Below, in pieces: positions 1 to 10,064 of a DNA stretch of 31,491 nucleotides. A program made the position numbers and the translations under genes. The stretch's first letter is position 1; the number at the start of each line of letters is the position of its first letter. The stretch is from IMG/VR virus record IMGVR_UViG_3300025018_000391, positions 1 through 31,491 of that record. The stretch is one strand, 5' to 3'. The notes beneath the pieces were generated by a model. That model was not told the origin of the DNA. It ran no database searches and saw nothing but the letters and a program-made list of their open reading frames with translations. Source of the stretch: a virus. Taxonomy: Duplodnaviria; Caudoviricetes.

Positions 1-171
1 ATTATCAACTTTTAATATAAGCGTATTATGATTTTCAGCAGATATGGTATTCTGTGTTGAAAGAGTTACTTTAATCTCATTCACACTCAAAAGAAGCTGA
101 TCTATAAGAACTTCTGTTTTAATACGATTTTCTGAATTTACTTGCAATTGTGCTTTTTCCTCTGGTGTCAT
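1..171 (-). CDS. Partial ORF running off the window edge; coiled-coil-like protein downstream of the endolysin, possibly holin or lysis-associated
   Basis: Hand translation from ATG 171: MTPEEKAQLQVNSENRIKTEVLIDQLLLSVNEIKVTL..., open to position 1. Function guessed from position only. Confidence 0.55.
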   Translation of the reverse strand, partial: MTPEEKAQLQVNSENRIKTEVLIDQLLLSVNEIKVTLSTQNTISAENHNTLILKVDN

Positions 172-172
172 T

Positions 173-328
173 TTAAGTTTTTCGTAAAATTTTTTCAATA
201 AATAATATTACATCAAGAATCTTTATACCCAAAGGGGTGGTTGGTATTCTATTTTGTACTTTAGTTTTTAATCTTTTAGCAAGACGTATTCGTATTTTTT
301 TCTCAGTTTTCGTTAATAGTTTTTTCAT
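173..328 (-). CDS. Small basic hypothetical protein (51 aa)
   Basis: Hand translation MKKLLTKTEKKIRIRLAKRLKTKVQNRIPTTPLGIKILDVILFIEKILRKT. ATGA overlap with the amidase stop; ends 1 nt before the next ATG. Confidence 0.6.
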   Translation of the reverse strand: MKKLLTKTEKKIRIRLAKRLKTKVQNRIPTTPLGIKILDVILFIEKILRKT

Positions 329-1167
329 ATATTCTTAGATAAATCTTTTGCTAGTTTTTCAATAAGTAAATTTATTTGATTGAGTAAATGCTTTTTTGAG
401 GATAAGCAGTTGAATGACGAATCTGATAATAATTTGTCTTTCTCTGTTTGGAAACCGTCTATCCTCACCTGCTGTGACTTTAGCTTGTCATTGAGCCCTG
501 TGATGATAGTGTCCTTTTCAGCTACTATTCCATCTTTTTCTTCTTTAAGTCTTTCTTCTGTTGCTTTTAGTTTTGTTACTTCATCTTTAAGTAAAGTTAC
601 TTCTTCAACAAGCGTTTTGTGTTGTGCTAAACATTCAGCGAGGGGGTCAAGAACAACACCCCATGTAACATTCCCTAACTTATTTCTATAATCAGTAACA
701 TAGGGAAAGAGTTCATTTCCTGGGCATGCAGTTGATGATCTTTCACGGTGTCCATATACGTTTGCATGGCTTGCGGGGAATTGGGGATTCTCTGTACAGA
801 GCCAATCTAGTAATTCTTTCAAAGATTTTAGTTGTTCTTGAGTTGGCTTCTCGTTTATGTCTGGGTGAAAATATCCATCCAAACATACGCCGATACTGTC
901 ATAGTTTCTGGTGTCATGCCACGAGACATCTTCAAATGCATTAACCTGATAGATGTTTCCTGACTTGGCAATAAAAAAGTGATATGCAAATCCTGGCCAA
1001 CCATTATTGACATGGGCCCTATAAACATTGTTAAGCGCCGTAGCGTCATCGTCTACTTGTCTACTGGCGGTGTGATGTATGGTAATTACTGAGATGGTAT
1101 TTACTTGGCGCTGATACCATGATCTACCTGCTTGCCTATACTGGCCTATTTTATTTATGATATTCAT
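325..1167 (-). CDS. Endolysin: N-acetylmuramoyl-L-alanine amidase (Amidase_2/PGRP-like) with C-terminal coiled coil
   Basis: ITIHHTA, AYHFFIAKSGNIYQ, SIGVCLDG, VYGHRE..STACPG Zn-amidase motifs. Heptad-rich C-terminal ~100 aa. Confidence 0.92.
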   Translation of the reverse strand: MNIINKIGQYRQAGRSWYQRQVNTISVITIHHTASRQVDDDATALNNVYRAHVNNGWPGFAYHFFIAKSGNIYQVNAFEDVSWHDTRNYDSIGVCLDGYFHPDINEKPTQEQLKSLKELLDWLCTENPQFPASHANVYGHRERSSTACPGNELFPYVTDYRNKLGNVTWGVVLDPLAECLAQHKTLVEEVTLLKDEVTKLKATEERLKEEKDGIVAEKDTIITGLNDKLKSQQVRIDGFQTEKDKLLSDSSFNCLSSKKHLLNQINLLIEKLAKDLSKNI

Positions 1168-1343
1168 ATCATAGAATCTCGCATAGCTTCTAGTTCTTCT
1201 TTGCTATACAACTTGTCATTTATGATTTTTTTATTAAGGATAATTGCAGGATCAATACTTGCTAGAATATCTTCACTAACAATACTGTATGCGTTTGTAA
1301 GTTCTCCAAGTTCTAGTTTGAATACTAAAAAATAGGTGTTCAT
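1164..1343 (-). CDS. Hypothetical protein (59 aa)
   Basis: Hand translation MNTYFLVFKLELGELTNAYSIV...EAMRDSMI. Fills the gap exactly, with an ATGA overlap onto the amidase start. Confidence 0.65.
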   Translation of the reverse strand: MNTYFLVFKLELGELTNAYSIVSEDILASIDPAIILNKKIINDKLYSKEELEAMRDSMI

Positions 1344-1346
1344 ATA

Positions 1347-1856
1347 TTATCTGAAATATCTAATTAACATTGTTAATGTTGCTGCCGGTGAACCGATTTT
1401 AGTCCATGTCAAAGTTATTCCATCTGCATCATAACTTGTAACTACTGCCGATTGTGCTGAATTACTTGCTACCTCACTATAAATTATTGTGTTAGACGAT
1501 TTCTCTTTTGAAGTTTCTGTATAGCTCCAGTACATTGCCATCGAAGTTTTTCCTGAATCTGAAAATCCTTGCCCTGAACCTGTTAAATAACCTGAAATAA
1601 AATAAATTATTTCTACGGATGTTGGTCTAAATCCTGCTCCTGTATATGAAACTGCTCCTGAATCTTCAACTAATTCTCTTGTTTCTTCAGTAACTTTTGA
1701 GGATAAAATACCCGAAACCAAATTTAATTTTGTTACTTTTTTAGTAGTCCCATCAGCTCCTTGAGTTGTATCTGAAACATCAACAATTGGGACAAAATCT
1801 CCTGTTGCAGGGGCTTCTGCAAGTTCTGTTAGTCCTGTTATTTTTAAATTTGTCAT
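1347..1856 (-). CDS. Putative virion fiber/adaptor protein
   Basis: N-terminus LKITGLTELAEAPATGDFVPIVDVSD..TTKKVT resembles a common phage fiber N-terminal module; beta-rich C-terminus. Confidence 0.6.
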   Translation of the reverse strand: MTNLKITGLTELAEAPATGDFVPIVDVSDTTQGADGTTKKVTKLNLVSGILSSKVTEETRELVEDSGAVSYTGAGFRPTSVEIIYFISGYLTGSGQGFSDSGKTSMAMYWSYTETSKEKSSNTIIYSEVASNSAQSAVVTSYDADGITLTWTKIGSPAATLTMLIRYFR

Positions 1857-1863
1857 AAGCTAA

Positions 1864-2538
1864 TTATAACTGATTGTAATAGTTATATTCTGGCGTGCTC
1901 ATAATAAAATCAGAGTAATCAGGTCTACTTGCATATCCAAGTTCTTGAATCATTTTAAGCATCGCCATAGGATCATTTCTCAGTGTATAAGCAGGAAGAT
2001 ATGTTGTATCAAATCTGCCACTCCCTTTTTGACCAAGTTCATATTTTCCAGATAATAATTTAGCGTATGCTTCGATTCCTTCTCCAGGCGTTTCATAATC
2101 AAAAGCTTGATTAGGATCACTATCTATTGCATTTATATTATAAAAATTATTGCGCGCTGCACCAAGTCCACCCAGTCGTCCTTCTCCTGCAAACATACCA
2201 GCAGCTACAGCGTCAGGGATACCATACTGACGAGTAATAGGTAAGATAGTTTCAAGAATAAAACGATCAGTGTCTTGATTACGAGCATTTGACCCCATAC
2301 CAGGAATAGGAGTCACTGTAGGAGTAGGTGTTGGTGTTATATATTCCTTCTTTATCTGTTTCTCATAAGGATTCATATTAGAAAATGTAGCACCTTCCTT
2401 TATGTAATCCTGTCTTTTAAGTTGCCTGACATTTTCTTTGTCTGCAACAGGAGATATAGGAGAGACTGTGAGTTGATTTCCCTGTATTCTTTGAACCGTA
2501 TCTTGATATTTTTTTATAATGTTATTAAAAAATTCCAT
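1864..2538 (-). CDS. GH73/FlgJ-like glucosaminidase or muramidase, probably a virion-associated or ejected peptidoglycan hydrolase
   Basis: AAGMFAGEG (catalytic E), NNFYNI, YETPGEGIEAYAKLL and GYASRPDY motifs. PT-rich linker. Follows the ejection-protein genes. Confidence 0.8.
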   Translation of the reverse strand: MEFFNNIIKKYQDTVQRIQGNQLTVSPISPVADKENVRQLKRQDYIKEGATFSNMNPYEKQIKKEYITPTPTPTVTPIPGMGSNARNQDTDRFILETILPITRQYGIPDAVAAGMFAGEGRLGGLGAARNNFYNINAIDSDPNQAFDYETPGEGIEAYAKLLSGKYELGQKGSGRFDTTYLPAYTLRNDPMAMLKMIQELGYASRPDYSDFIMSTPEYNYYNQL

Positions 2539-4121
2539 TATTGTATTGTTTGGTTAATTTCTGAAGTTGCACCACGTCTCAAGAAATCAGCAAGTTTCCC
2601 TGGAGTTGCCCCTGTAAAACGATCTCCTGACTTATAAAGTATCTGTTGACCTTTTGGATTACCAAAAAGTGATGCCGCACCAAGTGCTGTTGCACCAAGT
2701 ATTCCCGCTCCAGAAACGGCAGGATTATTTGTAGCTGCTCCCCCTGCCGCAATAGCTCCTGAAAATCCTGCTCCAAGTTGAAGAAATGGGATAATTTGAT
2801 ACCACGATAAACCAGCCTTTCCGCTAACTTTACGATATGCCGTATCTGAGAGGGCCTTTAAGGTTAGCGCATAATGTTGTGCATCAAGCATTTTTGAAAC
2901 TTCTTTGGAAATGTTTGGATTATTTCTTAATTCATCCAAAAATAATGAGTGAACAGTTGCTCGTGCTCCTTTTTTTACACTATCACTTTGTGAGATATTT
3001 TCACCAAATGTAGATTTTATGGTATCTGCCAATACCTTTTTTATTGTATTCATTTCCCTGGATGAGATGGGTTGATCTGCTGTAAGCTTGTTATACGCTT
3101 CTTCATAAATTTTGACATTTTTAGCGGCTGATCCTTTTGGTCTATATTCAGTTCCCATTACGTAAATATCATTTAAAACACCTCCTAATTGCTCAAGAAT
3201 ATATTGTTTTTTCCTAAAATCCATATTCTTAGATAATGAAAATTCAGGAGCATCAGATAATCCTTGTTGAAGTTTTTGCTCTGCCGATGTTGCAAATCCT
3301 TCAGCCCATTCGTACATCTTTTTATAATCTTGAGGCACACCTTCTTGAAGTGATTTCTCAGATACTGATTCTGCTTCTTTAAGACTTAATCTTTGCAAAT
3401 CTTTACCTAAAAAATTACTAAATCTCAATTTTTTAGCAATATTTTTAAGTTGACCAAAAGTAGATTTTATTACTTTTCCTGTTGCGGCTTGTCCACCACC
3501 AAGCGCCGTACCAATGAGAAATGTGGTCGGAGCATTTCTTATAAAATTAGGATCATCCAAATTCATAGCAAGTGCCTCGCCCCCACCTTGCACTGCCTTT
3601 GATACAACAGCTCCTGCTTTTGGTATTTTTACCAAATTACTAGGAGTCATCCATGCCGCAAGTTGAGCAGCTCCCCCTGCTGTCCCCCTTGCATATTGTC
3701 CTGGATCAAATTGATTTTCCCCTGTTTGGCTAAATCCAAATTCTTTTAAAGCGTCTGATCCCATTTGTCTTTTCTGATTGTATTCTACGAGTTGTTTTTG
3801 TTTTTCTTCTGGAGTTTGTGCCCCTTTATATTCAATAAAGTCTTTGAGCATTCCAATAGGAGCTGCTCCTGCTTTTACTGCTGATGTTGCCTTTGGAGAT
3901 ATAAAGTTACCTGCCCCCGTTAAAAATCTCATCATAGTATTTGAAGGATCAGACCCACCTGCATCCTGCCTATCGGAATAAAGATCAGTTTGAGGTTGAG
4001 CAGAAGGTTGAGCCATAGGTGGTTCTTGAGTAGGTGAGGTGCTTAACCCATAAGAGGATGCCTGTGATTCGTCTATCACCTTAATTTCACCCGTTTGTTT
4101 GTTTCGTATTTTTATAGCCAT
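2538..4121 (-). CDS. Putative internal virion/DNA ejection protein
   Basis: 527 aa, Ala/Gly-rich, helical, hydrophobic GA-rich C-terminal segments. Position after tail genes as in podoviruses. Confidence 0.6.
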   Translation of the reverse strand: MAIKIRNKQTGEIKVIDESQASSYGLSTSPTQEPPMAQPSAQPQTDLYSDRQDAGGSDPSNTMMRFLTGAGNFISPKATSAVKAGAAPIGMLKDFIEYKGAQTPEEKQKQLVEYNQKRQMGSDALKEFGFSQTGENQFDPGQYARGTAGGAAQLAAWMTPSNLVKIPKAGAVVSKAVQGGGEALAMNLDDPNFIRNAPTTFLIGTALGGGQAATGKVIKSTFGQLKNIAKKLRFSNFLGKDLQRLSLKEAESVSEKSLQEGVPQDYKKMYEWAEGFATSAEQKLQQGLSDAPEFSLSKNMDFRKKQYILEQLGGVLNDIYVMGTEYRPKGSAAKNVKIYEEAYNKLTADQPISSREMNTIKKVLADTIKSTFGENISQSDSVKKGARATVHSLFLDELRNNPNISKEVSKMLDAQHYALTLKALSDTAYRKVSGKAGLSWYQIIPFLQLGAGFSGAIAAGGAATNNPAVSGAGILGATALGAASLFGNPKGQQILYKSGDRFTGATPGKLADFLRRGATSEINQTIQ

Positions 4122-4122
4122 A

Positions 4123-5169
4123 TTACTCTATAATTTCCCATTGACTTGAACTGGTAAGCCCAGCTCCTTTTAATGCGTTAATTTCTCGCTTTAATTCTGA
4201 AAATTTCTCTACCGACTGATCATAGCTATCTCCTGTATTTGGAATTAAATTACTCAATCTCGTTATGTCCTGATCAGTAAGTCTTCCAACTTCCCCTCCT
4301 AGCTCTTTGAATGCACCTACTAATGCCTTCTTTTTATCAAGATATAGCTGTCTTCTTTCCCCTTTAGGAGTTTTAAATGCCGACCCAATAGCAGTTCCTA
4401 TACGTTCAAATATATTTGCGCCAGCTGCAAGATCTTGTGTGTCTGCTGTAGAAGAGCCCGCAAAACCCTTATCGTTTCCATAGTAATATTTTTCAAGAAC
4501 ATCAACAGTATTTAAAAGTTTATTTGCTGGAGAATACCCCATGTTTTGAAGTCCTGATGACACTTGTCCCCTAAGAGTTGCAGGAACATCTTTTATGTCT
4601 AAAAGTCCATTTGCCACACCTTGTACATATTGATCAATTTCATCAGTTTCTTTTCCATATTTTTGTTGTTCTGACCATTTATCAAGTGCCATTTTTTCCT
4701 CTGATTGTTTTAATGTAATAAGAGACATTAAATTATCTGCCTCTTCATTTGCCTGATCTGCCTCTGCTTTTTTCATCATGGCAGCAGCCTCAAGCGATCC
4801 TACACCACCTTTTACTACATCCTGAATAGTTCCCGTAGCCTGTTCCTGATAATTACCAAGAGATGTAAGAGTGTTCATAAGTTGCCCACGTCTTGAAGAT
4901 GTGAGAGCGTCAACAGAAAGCGGATTTACATCTGTTCCCATGCGGTCTCTTATTGCAGGATTTTCAGATACGAGTTGTCCTGATACATTTCCAATATCCT
5001 GTGATATTTTATCAACACCACGATTTATACGAGCTTCACGAACCCGTTGCATTACTCGATCTTCAAATGTTTTAGATCCTGCGGCAAGTCCCGCATACTG
5101 CGTATTTGCTGTCTTTGCACGATTCATGGATGCTCGTACTTCGTCGTAATCTTGTGAATAAGTTGCCAT
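4123..5169 (-). CDS. Putative internal virion/DNA ejection protein
   Basis: 348 aa, helical, Q/A/G-rich. Middle gene of the three-gene ejection-like block. Confidence 0.55.
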   Translation of the reverse strand: MATYSQDYDEVRASMNRAKTANTQYAGLAAGSKTFEDRVMQRVREARINRGVDKISQDIGNVSGQLVSENPAIRDRMGTDVNPLSVDALTSSRRGQLMNTLTSLGNYQEQATGTIQDVVKGGVGSLEAAAMMKKAEADQANEEADNLMSLITLKQSEEKMALDKWSEQQKYGKETDEIDQYVQGVANGLLDIKDVPATLRGQVSSGLQNMGYSPANKLLNTVDVLEKYYYGNDKGFAGSSTADTQDLAAGANIFERIGTAIGSAFKTPKGERRQLYLDKKKALVGAFKELGGEVGRLTDQDITRLSNLIPNTGDSYDQSVEKFSELKREINALKGAGLTSSSQWEIIE

Positions 5170-5188
5170 AACTTAATTATATAATTTT

Positions 5189-6415
5189 CTAATAAGAACC
5201 TCCTGCTACGTTATAAAATTCCCGTTGTTTTTGAGCAAGTTGTGAGCCATAGCTTTGACGTTGTCCCTCATATTGCCTTTTTTTTGCTTGTTCCTCATCC
5301 AAAAGCAATTGTTGTCGTCTTGACTCCTCTGCCTGTTTTTGCTGTTCTGTGAGATCGGTTAAAGCTGTTGGCTTATAAACTGTTTGATTTCTTTGTGCCC
5401 TCAATCTTTCTATTTCAGCATCAGATGGCAATGGATCATCAGGAGAAAGCCCAAGTTCAGATCGAAGCGCAGTAGTTGTTGCTGTAGCTTGCTCTGGTGT
5501 TCCAATTCTTCGCACTCGGTCTTCTTCTACTTGTTTTCTGGCAAGCGCTATTTCTTTTAAGTTATATCCTGTCGTAGTTTCTGCCGTAGTTGCTTTACGA
5601 GATGCACGATCTACCACTTGTTGCTCGGTCATTTGTTGAGTATTAAGAAGATCAGATATTTGTTTACGCCCTATACCTGATGTCAAAACATCTGATTGAA
5701 CCTGATTTTGTTTTGTCTGATCTAGTTTATATTTCCATTCATCCCGTTTTACTGCCAAGTCTTCATCCCGTGATGATGTTATATCTGCCAGAGTATTTAC
5801 CAATTCTTCTTCATTTCTGGCTTTTGACAAATCGTATCTTTCAAGAAGTTGCGTTGTATCAAGGTCGACCGCTCGTATCTTTATAAGCAAATCTTCCGCA
5901 CTTTGTATTTTACCCTCTTTTATACCAGACTCAATTTCAGATCGTTTTTTATCATAATATGGTTTTACCTGATCTATTGCTTTTTGAGTAAAAGTATCAA
6001 GTTCTTGTTGTGAAAATGATATACCAGGAATTGAGTTTAATTTATTCTCAAGCTCAATTATTGAGTTTGCTATAGAGTCTTCAAGTTGTTGTTGATATGA
6101 GCCTTGAAGTTGCTGTTGCTGATAGCTACTTGTATTTGCAGAAGATACCTGACCTGTAGGACTACCTGTTGTTTTAGCATTTTTTATGGTATCCATTTTA
6201 TTCATTGCCTGCTGTGCAAATGATTGAGATGTAGTTGACTTTGCTTTTGTAGAGCTACCTCCACCACTACCAGGAGCTGGCAATACAGTTCCTACAGCAA
6301 GTTTTTTCGGATCGCCAGTGTAGCCTGATGCCTGCTTCCAATTTGAACCATAGATACTATATAAGGTATCTCCTGACTCTATTTTGATCTTTCCATTGCC
6401 TAAGTTTTTTGCCAT
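5189..6415 (-). CDS. Putative ejection protein with N-terminal LysM-like domain and long coiled coil
   Basis: IKIESGDTLYSI...GDPKKLAVGTVL matches the LysM pattern; Ser/Gln-rich linker, then coiled coil. Confidence 0.65.
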   Translation of the reverse strand: MAKNLGNGKIKIESGDTLYSIYGSNWKQASGYTGDPKKLAVGTVLPAPGSGGGSSTKAKSTTSQSFAQQAMNKMDTIKNAKTTGSPTGQVSSANTSSYQQQQLQGSYQQQLEDSIANSIIELENKLNSIPGISFSQQELDTFTQKAIDQVKPYYDKKRSEIESGIKEGKIQSAEDLLIKIRAVDLDTTQLLERYDLSKARNEEELVNTLADITSSRDEDLAVKRDEWKYKLDQTKQNQVQSDVLTSGIGRKQISDLLNTQQMTEQQVVDRASRKATTAETTTGYNLKEIALARKQVEEDRVRRIGTPEQATATTTALRSELGLSPDDPLPSDAEIERLRAQRNQTVYKPTALTDLTEQQKQAEESRRQQLLLDEEQAKKRQYEGQRQSYGSQLAQKQREFYNVAGGSY

Positions 6416-6433
6416 ATTATAATTATAACTTTT

Positions 6434-7510
6434 TTATGTACCTAATAACATATAACTAATCTGTCTTTGTTGAACCTCTAGGCTACCTGTTGTTGCAACT
6501 TTCCATTGCATTTTTATTGTATATGAAACAGGAGGCGCTCCTGTAACTGGTAGTTGCCTCAAAAGATATGTTGTGAAAGTTGACTTTACATTATCTGGTG
6601 GTACTCTAATACGTACTTGTTGAGTGTCATTTACTTCTCCACCTACATGGATTACAGCTTCTGATCCTGCTCCCCCACCAAATGATTCTAACACCATGGT
6701 TACCAACACTAAAATCCCCGTTGTTCTTGTTAAATTAAACGCTGAAAGAGTCATATTTGGAACATCTAAGTAACTTGTTGACGAAGTACTACTTGTAGAT
6801 GTATCATAACTTCCCACTTGATCTGTAATAAAACTTGTTGTACTGACCAATCCACTACTATCAAATACAGTATCTCCATCTGTGTTTTCTACACTAATTT
6901 TTCCGCCTGTCACTGCCACACCATCCGAGTTAATAAGCACTTTTTCCACATCCGATGAGTCTTTTACCGATATAGTTCCATCCCCATTTGCCGATCCTCC
7001 AACAGTTACATCGCCCAAGTTAGCAGTTATCGCAGAAAGCTCATCTACATTTAGACTACTTGCCGTGATATTAGTTACTGTCAACCCTGCCGCTATAGTT
7101 GGCGTTATTTTACAATCCTTTCCTGCAGCTCCAGATTCGACTATTGCAATAAGCATTTTACTTATCCCACTTGCCTTTTCTACATCTGTAGTAGTTTGCA
7201 AAGCCCCCAGCTCTTCACGGTCATAGTAGACATAAGTCGTTGCCGCAATATCACCCGTATTTCCCGCATCCATCGTACCACTGTTTGTCCCATTGGCAAA
7301 ATAGATAGTCCCGCTTGTCCACTCTGCCGTATCATTATCTGTACTTGAGAATGTAATATCGGTTGTCGCATTCATCGGAGGGATGATGCTTTGAGCACTG
7401 ATTGAGCCTGATGGATTATTTTGTCTTGCATCAAGGCTTGACATTTGTTCTCTGGGTCTTAAACCTATTCTTTGTAAGAAAGAATTAAATCCCATATCTA
7501 AATAGTTCAT
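6434..7510 (-). CDS. Putative tail spike/needle or fiber protein
   Basis: Thr/Ser/Gly beta-rich; LNVDELSAITANLG resembles a motif seen in phage tail-tip proteins; follows the nozzle-like gene. Confidence 0.55.
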   Translation of the reverse strand: MNYLDMGFNSFLQRIGLRPREQMSSLDARQNNPSGSISAQSIIPPMNATTDITFSSTDNDTAEWTSGTIYFANGTNSGTMDAGNTGDIAATTYVYYDREELGALQTTTDVEKASGISKMLIAIVESGAAGKDCKITPTIAAGLTVTNITASSLNVDELSAITANLGDVTVGGSANGDGTISVKDSSDVEKVLINSDGVAVTGGKISVENTDGDTVFDSSGLVSTTSFITDQVGSYDTSTSSTSSTSYLDVPNMTLSAFNLTRTTGILVLVTMVLESFGGGAGSEAVIHVGGEVNDTQQVRIRVPPDNVKSTFTTYLLRQLPVTGAPPVSYTIKMQWKVATTGSLEVQQRQISYMLLGT

Positions 7511-8916
7511 TTTTGTGTATCCTCCTGTTTTTCCCCTTTTGGTATATAGCCAACTTCTATTCGATAAAACTCAAACATATTACTTTTACTACTTTCGGTA
7601 AGAAGTATCTTTATTCGGTATCCCTGTGCCTTAAACTGAACAAAATCTGTTGAGCCCTCAAGTTCCCCTGCTGGTTTCCAATCAGAGCTGTCATCTACCC
7701 GATAAAAAACCTTCAGACCAGATAGTTGATCTCCAAAGCCCCATACAGATATCCAATCATTTATTACTTTTGGATCATCTCCATAAATCCAATCAGTTTC
7801 AAGAGATGTGGCATAGGAAGCTGTTGCTTGAGCCCCAGAGGTGAGCATCTGATACACTTTCCCATCATCATCCCCTGCATACAAAGCTTTTACAGATGAG
7901 CTTGTGAATGTATGTAGATTCATCATGTTAAATCCAGTCTTCATCCGGTGCCAATTATTTTTCAATATATCATAGCGAAACCAGACATTAGTAAGTGTTT
8001 CGGGGCTTGTTATATCCCCAAACCATACATAATAATATGGCCCAAGACATTTCCCTAAAATTGACGGCTTATTGGCTTGTGGTATACCATCGAAGTATTC
8101 CTGAATAGGAAGTGAGATTTTATCAGGCTCTTTTCCTGTTGTCACATATATTCCATCATCTGACGGGTAAAATGTCCATTCCTTATATGTTGATATTCCC
8201 TCAAGTGAAACACACCCGATATTTGATATCTTATATTTCTGATCAGATAGTGTAAATCCATATATGCCATTTTGTCCAAATACAATCATCAAGTCTCCAT
8301 TCTTTTCAGCACCAAGCAATATATCATCAAATGTGACCCAATCGTTTGTTGTGTCCCATGTGATTGATCCACTATCGACTAAAGATGATCTATAACCTCG
8401 ATCTACATAAGTCGTTGAAGATACAACTGCATGTAATATATAAATTCTTCGTCCAAAGCTTATGATGTCTTTTCCTTTTGGTGCAGACGTCACATCTGTT
8501 GTAGTTGACCAAGATGAACCATTGTAGCTTCGAGTAGCATCTGCAAAGTTTACGGCAAACAAAGTATCAAGTGTTGGAGAATAAGCAAATCGTACCTTAT
8601 TGCCGGCTGTCAAAGATTGTGATTGTGTAGTCCATGTTCCCGTTACATCTTTATAAATTCCAGCGTTTGATGCTCCATCTATTGCCACAAAATGCTCATG
8701 AGTTCCTGCTGCTCTAAAAAAGTCTATACCCCCCAATATATCTTGAGATGCGGTTATTTGAGCGTTTTTCAAGCTGTAATCACCCGTTTTCTTAAGCACT
8801 CCTATTCTTTCAGTATAGAAATTCTGACTATCTGCAAACTCTCCTGTTGCAAGAAGAAACGGTGACGTATTCCTATTTATTGTAGTAAAACCTTCGATTG
8901 TTTTGTAACGTATCAT
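7507..8916 (-). CDS. Tail nozzle/hub protein (P22 gp10 or T7 gp12-like, beta-propeller)
   Basis: 469 aa beta-repeat pattern with W/Y-D motifs; conserved position after the adaptor gene. Confidence 0.65.
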   Translation of the reverse strand: MIRYKTIEGFTTINRNTSPFLLATGEFADSQNFYTERIGVLKKTGDYSLKNAQITASQDILGGIDFFRAAGTHEHFVAIDGASNAGIYKDVTGTWTTQSQSLTAGNKVRFAYSPTLDTLFAVNFADATRSYNGSSWSTTTDVTSAPKGKDIISFGRRIYILHAVVSSTTYVDRGYRSSLVDSGSITWDTTNDWVTFDDILLGAEKNGDLMIVFGQNGIYGFTLSDQKYKISNIGCVSLEGISTYKEWTFYPSDDGIYVTTGKEPDKISLPIQEYFDGIPQANKPSILGKCLGPYYYVWFGDITSPETLTNVWFRYDILKNNWHRMKTGFNMMNLHTFTSSSVKALYAGDDDGKVYQMLTSGAQATASYATSLETDWIYGDDPKVINDWISVWGFGDQLSGLKVFYRVDDSSDWKPAGELEGSTDFVQFKAQGYRIKILLTESSKSNMFEFYRIEVGYIPKGEKQEDTQK

Positions 8917-8921
8917 AATAT

Positions 8922-10052
8922 CTAGTTATCATATAAATCTGAACCAAAATTTACCTTTACCTGTCTATTATCAAAAGCTTGCATAGATTGACCTACAAAT
9001 TCAAGATAGTCAGTTAAATCATCACGGTAACTTATCCTATATGCAACAGATGTATCCTTGTCTTTTGGAATCCATAGCTTATAAAGAGCACGTGTCACCA
9101 AAAGATCACGTGCGCCATGTGGCAAACCATGTTCATCGGTTTCATCCGTCATAGTGGCAGGATAATCCCAATACCACAAAAAGGCGTAACCGCTTGAGCT
9201 ATTCGGAGTTGGCTTAAATCCATACTGTAAAGCTCGAATATATAAGTAAGGGTCTTGCTGAGAATAGGTTACTTCAGGGCTCAAATCTGCCTCACTTCTG
9301 AAGTTATATACTTTGTAAGCATCAGAAGCGGCTGATCCGCTATAGTTTATATCAACTCGTACAAAGGATAAAAATCGTGTTGGTAAATCATATCTTTCAG
9401 TTCCCGATGTCAAAGCCTGTGTGGTGTAGTTTTTTCGGTAATCAGGATACATCCGTATTATTTTTATGGTTAGATCCCGTACTGCACCACGCAGAGCCCT
9501 ATATACTCTATTTCTGTTTATTTCTGCCGCAAACTCATCTCCCATCTCATCGAGTATTTCCTCAGCCATTGAAAATAAGGAGTCGTCCGTATATCCCGTT
9601 GCCTGCACTTCTTCAGAGTATGCGGAATATGTGCCTGTAGTTGAGTTTTTGTATCGTGCCTTGTACCAATCAGTAGTAGAGCCTGTTGAATCATCATAAA
9701 GTGTCAAATCCTCATCAGGAGTTATTGCTATTGTGTCAAGCACGCTATATGACCCGCCTTCAGATGAGGCTCTTGATACCTCTATTTGATTAAATTTAAT
9801 TTCTGCCAGTTGAGTACGTGCAGGATGATCGAAGTTAGAAGCTCCTGTAAAATTGACTGTTGTATCGCCCGAAACAGATGTTATGAGTATAATCTCAGCT
9901 TTTTCTTCTCGCAAACCTCCAAGAACAATATAATCATTTAATATTAAATTACTGTTATTTTCAACTTCTACTGTAGTTGCCGCAGCTGCCATATCTGCTG
10001 TCGTTCTTGTGAGTTCGTGCAGGTCAGGATGGGGGATTTTAATAAATGACAT
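8922..10052 (-). CDS. Head-tail adaptor (tail tubular A-like) with N-terminal beta/Ig-like extension
   Basis: C-terminal half LTSGTERYDLPTRF...KPTPNS...DEHGLP..RDLLVTRAL resembles adaptor proteins. N-terminal FN3-like WYKARYKNSTTG.YS. Confidence 0.6.
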   Translation of the reverse strand: MSFIKIPHPDLHELTRTTADMAAAATTVEVENNSNLILNDYIVLGGLREEKAEIILITSVSGDTTVNFTGASNFDHPARTQLAEIKFNQIEVSRASSEGGSYSVLDTIAITPDEDLTLYDDSTGSTTDWYKARYKNSTTGTYSAYSEEVQATGYTDDSLFSMAEEILDEMGDEFAAEINRNRVYRALRGAVRDLTIKIIRMYPDYRKNYTTQALTSGTERYDLPTRFLSFVRVDINYSGSAASDAYKVYNFRSEADLSPEVTYSQQDPYLYIRALQYGFKPTPNSSSGYAFLWYWDYPATMTDETDEHGLPHGARDLLVTRALYKLWIPKDKDTSVAYRISYRDDLTDYLEFVGQSMQAFDNRQVKVNFGSDLYDN

Positions 10053-10064
10053 ATATATATTATA

